The notes beneath the pieces are model-generated. The model was not told the DNA's origin and ran no database searches. It worked only from the letters and a program-made list of their open reading frames with translations. Shown piece by piece: positions 61,343 to 64,000 of a stretch of DNA of 64,000 nucleotides; the stretch's first letter is position 1; every line of letters begins with the position of its first letter. Source of the DNA: Ranitomeya imitator (Eukaryota); NCBI RefSeq assembly GCF_032444005.1, contig NC_091291.1, forward strand, positions 16,988,001-17,052,000, given 5' to 3'. Both the position numbers and the translations under genes were made by a program.

Positions 61343-64000
61343 CAGAGGCGTAGCTAGAGCTTTTGCCGCCCGGGGCTGTTCCCGAGTTTGGCGCCCCCCC
61401 GGCTCAATACACACAAAGGTTACCAAAAATGGTTTTCCTGTTTTGTAGAACTTAAACTGGGCCTAATGGTGTCACCCCCACATGCCACACCTGTGACTTA
61501 ATACCACCACACCATGACCAGGCCACATAGTGACCGAATAATACTACATACAAGGGACAAATACCACCGCACCATTTCCAGACCACATATTACCACCACA
61601 TAGTGACTGAATACTACAATACTGATCAGTAATAAAAAAAAAACCCACAATACTATCACCATAAGTGCCAGTATTCACAGGAGATCTGTACTTAGTATGC
61701 AGTGTCTGTGTAGAGGTAATACAGAGATCACTGGTGACATTATACACAGGACCTCTATATAGTATACAGTGTATAGTGTCAGTGTATAGGTAACACTGAC
61801 TCACCAGTGACGTCTCTAGGTGAAGTCCTTCATCTTTCATCCAGCACAGACCGCCATCATTCCTTCCAGCCAGGACTCGTTTCTGCAGGAAATAACACAG
61901 TTATCTCGAGCTCCGCTTGCAGAACACATTACTTAATTTTTCACAACTTCTACATTACATCACATGAAGAAAAAAAGGTGATATAGTGTCACTCTGCACA
62001 GTAACAGGCCTGCCCCCCATTTAAAACAGTATACTCAAAAAATAAAATAAATACATCACTGCAGTAATAATATCCCTTAATTATCACCTATGGTAACACT
62101 ATTCCCCACCCTGGCCCCGTTTATCTCATTCCTGGCTCCAGCCATATGTTCTCGCATCCTGCCCTCATGAGTATCCATTCTACCCCATATGATCTCCCCA
62201 TCCTGCCCCACCAGCCTCCATCGTATCCGTCCTGCCCCATGATCCAATCCTGCTCCGTGTCTCCAATCATGCCCCGTATCTACATTCTGCCCATGCCTCA
62301 AGTCCTGCCCCCAGTGTGTCCAGCATATTACCCCCATGTTGTCCAGCAATCTGCCCCAGTGTGTCCAGCATATTACCCCCATGTTGTCCAGCAATCTGCC
62401 CCAGTGTGTCCAGCATATTACCCCCAGTGTGTCCAGCAATCTGCCCCAGTATGTCCAGCAATCTGCCCCAGTGTCCAGCCTTTCCCCAGTGTGTCCAGCA
62501 GTCTGCCCCAGTGTGTCCAGCATATTACCCCCAGTGTCCAGCATTGCCCCAGTGTGTCCAGCATATTACCCCCAGTGTGTCCAGCAATCTGCCCCAGTGT
62601 CCAGCATTGCCCCAGTGTGTCCAGAAGTCTGCCCCAGGGTCTCCAGCATTGCCTCAATGTGTCCAGAAATCTGCCCCAGGGTCTCCAGTATTGCCCCAGT
62701 GTGTCCAGCAATCTGCCCCATGGTCTCCTGTATTGCCCCAGTGTGTCCAGCATTCTGCCCCATGGTCTCCAGTATTGCCCCAGTGTGTCCAGCAATCTGC
62801 CCCATGGTCTCCTGTATTGCCCCAGTGTGTCCAGCATTCTGCCCCATGGTCTCCAGTATTGCCCCGGTGTGTCCAGCAATCTGCCCCATGGTCTCCAGTA
62901 TTGCCCCGGTGTGTCCAGCAATCTGCCCCATGGTCTCCAGTATTGCCCCAGTATGTCCAGAAGTCTGCCCCAGGGTCTCCAGCATTGCCTCAATGTGTCC
63001 TGAAATCTGCCCCATGGTCTCCAGTATTCAATGTGTCCAGCAATCTGCCCCATAGTCTCCTGTATTGCCCCAGTGTGTCCAGCATTCTGCCCCATGGTCT
63101 CCAGTATTGCCCCAGTGTGTCCAGCATTCTGCCCCATGGTCTCCAGTATTGCCCCAGTGTGTCCAGCAATCTGCCCCATGGTCTCCAGTATTGCCCCAGT
63201 ATGTCCAGAAGTCTGCCCTAGGGTCTCCAGCATTGCCTCAATGTGTCCTGAAATCTGCCCCATGGTCTCCAGTATTCAGTGTGTCCAGCAATCTGCCCCA
63301 TAGTCTCCTGTATTGCCCCAGTGTGTCCAGCATTCTGCCCCATGGTCTCCAGTATTGCCCCAGTGTGTCCAGCATTCTGCCCCATGGTCTCCAGTATTGC
63401 CCCAGTGTGTCCAGCAATCTGCCCCATGGTCTCCAGTATTGCCCCAGTATGTCCAGAAGTCTGCCCCAGGGTCTCCAGCATTGCCTCAATGTGTCCTGAA
63501 ATCTGCCCCATGGTCTCCAGTATTCAGTGTGTCCAGCAATCTGCCCCATAGTCTCCTGTACTGCCCCAGTGTGTCCAGCATTCTGCCCCATGGTCTCCAG
63601 TATTGCCCCAGTTTGTCCAGCATTCTGCCCCATGGTCTCCAGTATTGCCCCAGTGTGTCCAGCAATCTGCCCCATAGTCTCCTGTATTGCCCCAGTGTGT
63701 CCAGCAATCTGCCCCCATGGTCTCCTGTATTGCCCCAGTGTGTCCAGCAATCTGCCCCATGGTCTCCTGTATTGCCCCAGTGTGTCCAGCATTCTGCCAC
63801 ATGGTCTCCTGTATTGCCCCAGTGTGTCCAGCATTCTGCCCCATGGTCTCCAGTATTGCCCCAGTGTGTCCAGCAATCTGCCCCATAGTCTCCTGTATTG
63901 CCCCAGTGTGTCCAGCAATCTGCCCCATGGTCTCCTGTATTGCCCCAGTGTGTCCAGCAATCTGCCCCATAGTCTCCTGTACTGCCCCAGTGTGTCCAGC
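61343..64000 (+). mobile_element. Non-autonomous hAT-like element sharing its interior with 48025-50594, running off the window
   Basis: Left end CAGAGGCGTAGCTAG. About 61500-62300 is collinear with about 48260-49100. Confidence 0.75.
62300..64000 (+). repeat. 42-bp (22+20) minisatellite with a 248-bp higher-order period
   Basis: CCCCAGTGTGTCCAGCAATCTGCCCCATGGTCTCCAGTATTG. The marker variant GTATGTCCAGAAG recurs at 62951, 63199 and 63447. Confidence 0.95.

Overview
Repeat-rich vertebrate genomic DNA with GT-AG introns; the TE families suggest an anuran amphibian (inference). The only host genes I can support are three paralogous 4-exon secreted tectonin/fish-egg-lectin-like (FEL) beta-propeller genes. 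A (minus, 12503-15422) and B (plus, 25885-29339) are head-to-head, and C (plus, 44000-52183) follows; all three splice into intact ORFs. The rest is mobile DNA and satellites: a near full-length but disabled chromodomain Ty3/gypsy with 6-bp TSDs and a self-priming signature (55253-60962) plus two solo LTRs, a Penelope-like element, a Tc1 pseudogene, hAT-like and Helitron-like non-autonomous elements, SINEs and many minisatellites. Strongest leads: (1) a 353-bp tandem retrozyme dimer with two perfect minimal hammerhead ribozymes and a possible snRNA-type internal promoter (40487-41174); (2) an LTR element carrying a decayed cold-shock-domain ORF rather than gag/pol (about 8540-11870); (3) a 2.2-kb array of hairpins in an intron of gene C; (4) rapid coding divergence and cysteine rewiring among the lectin paralogs. 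All coordinates were read by eye. No database searches were run, so family names rest on motif recognition.
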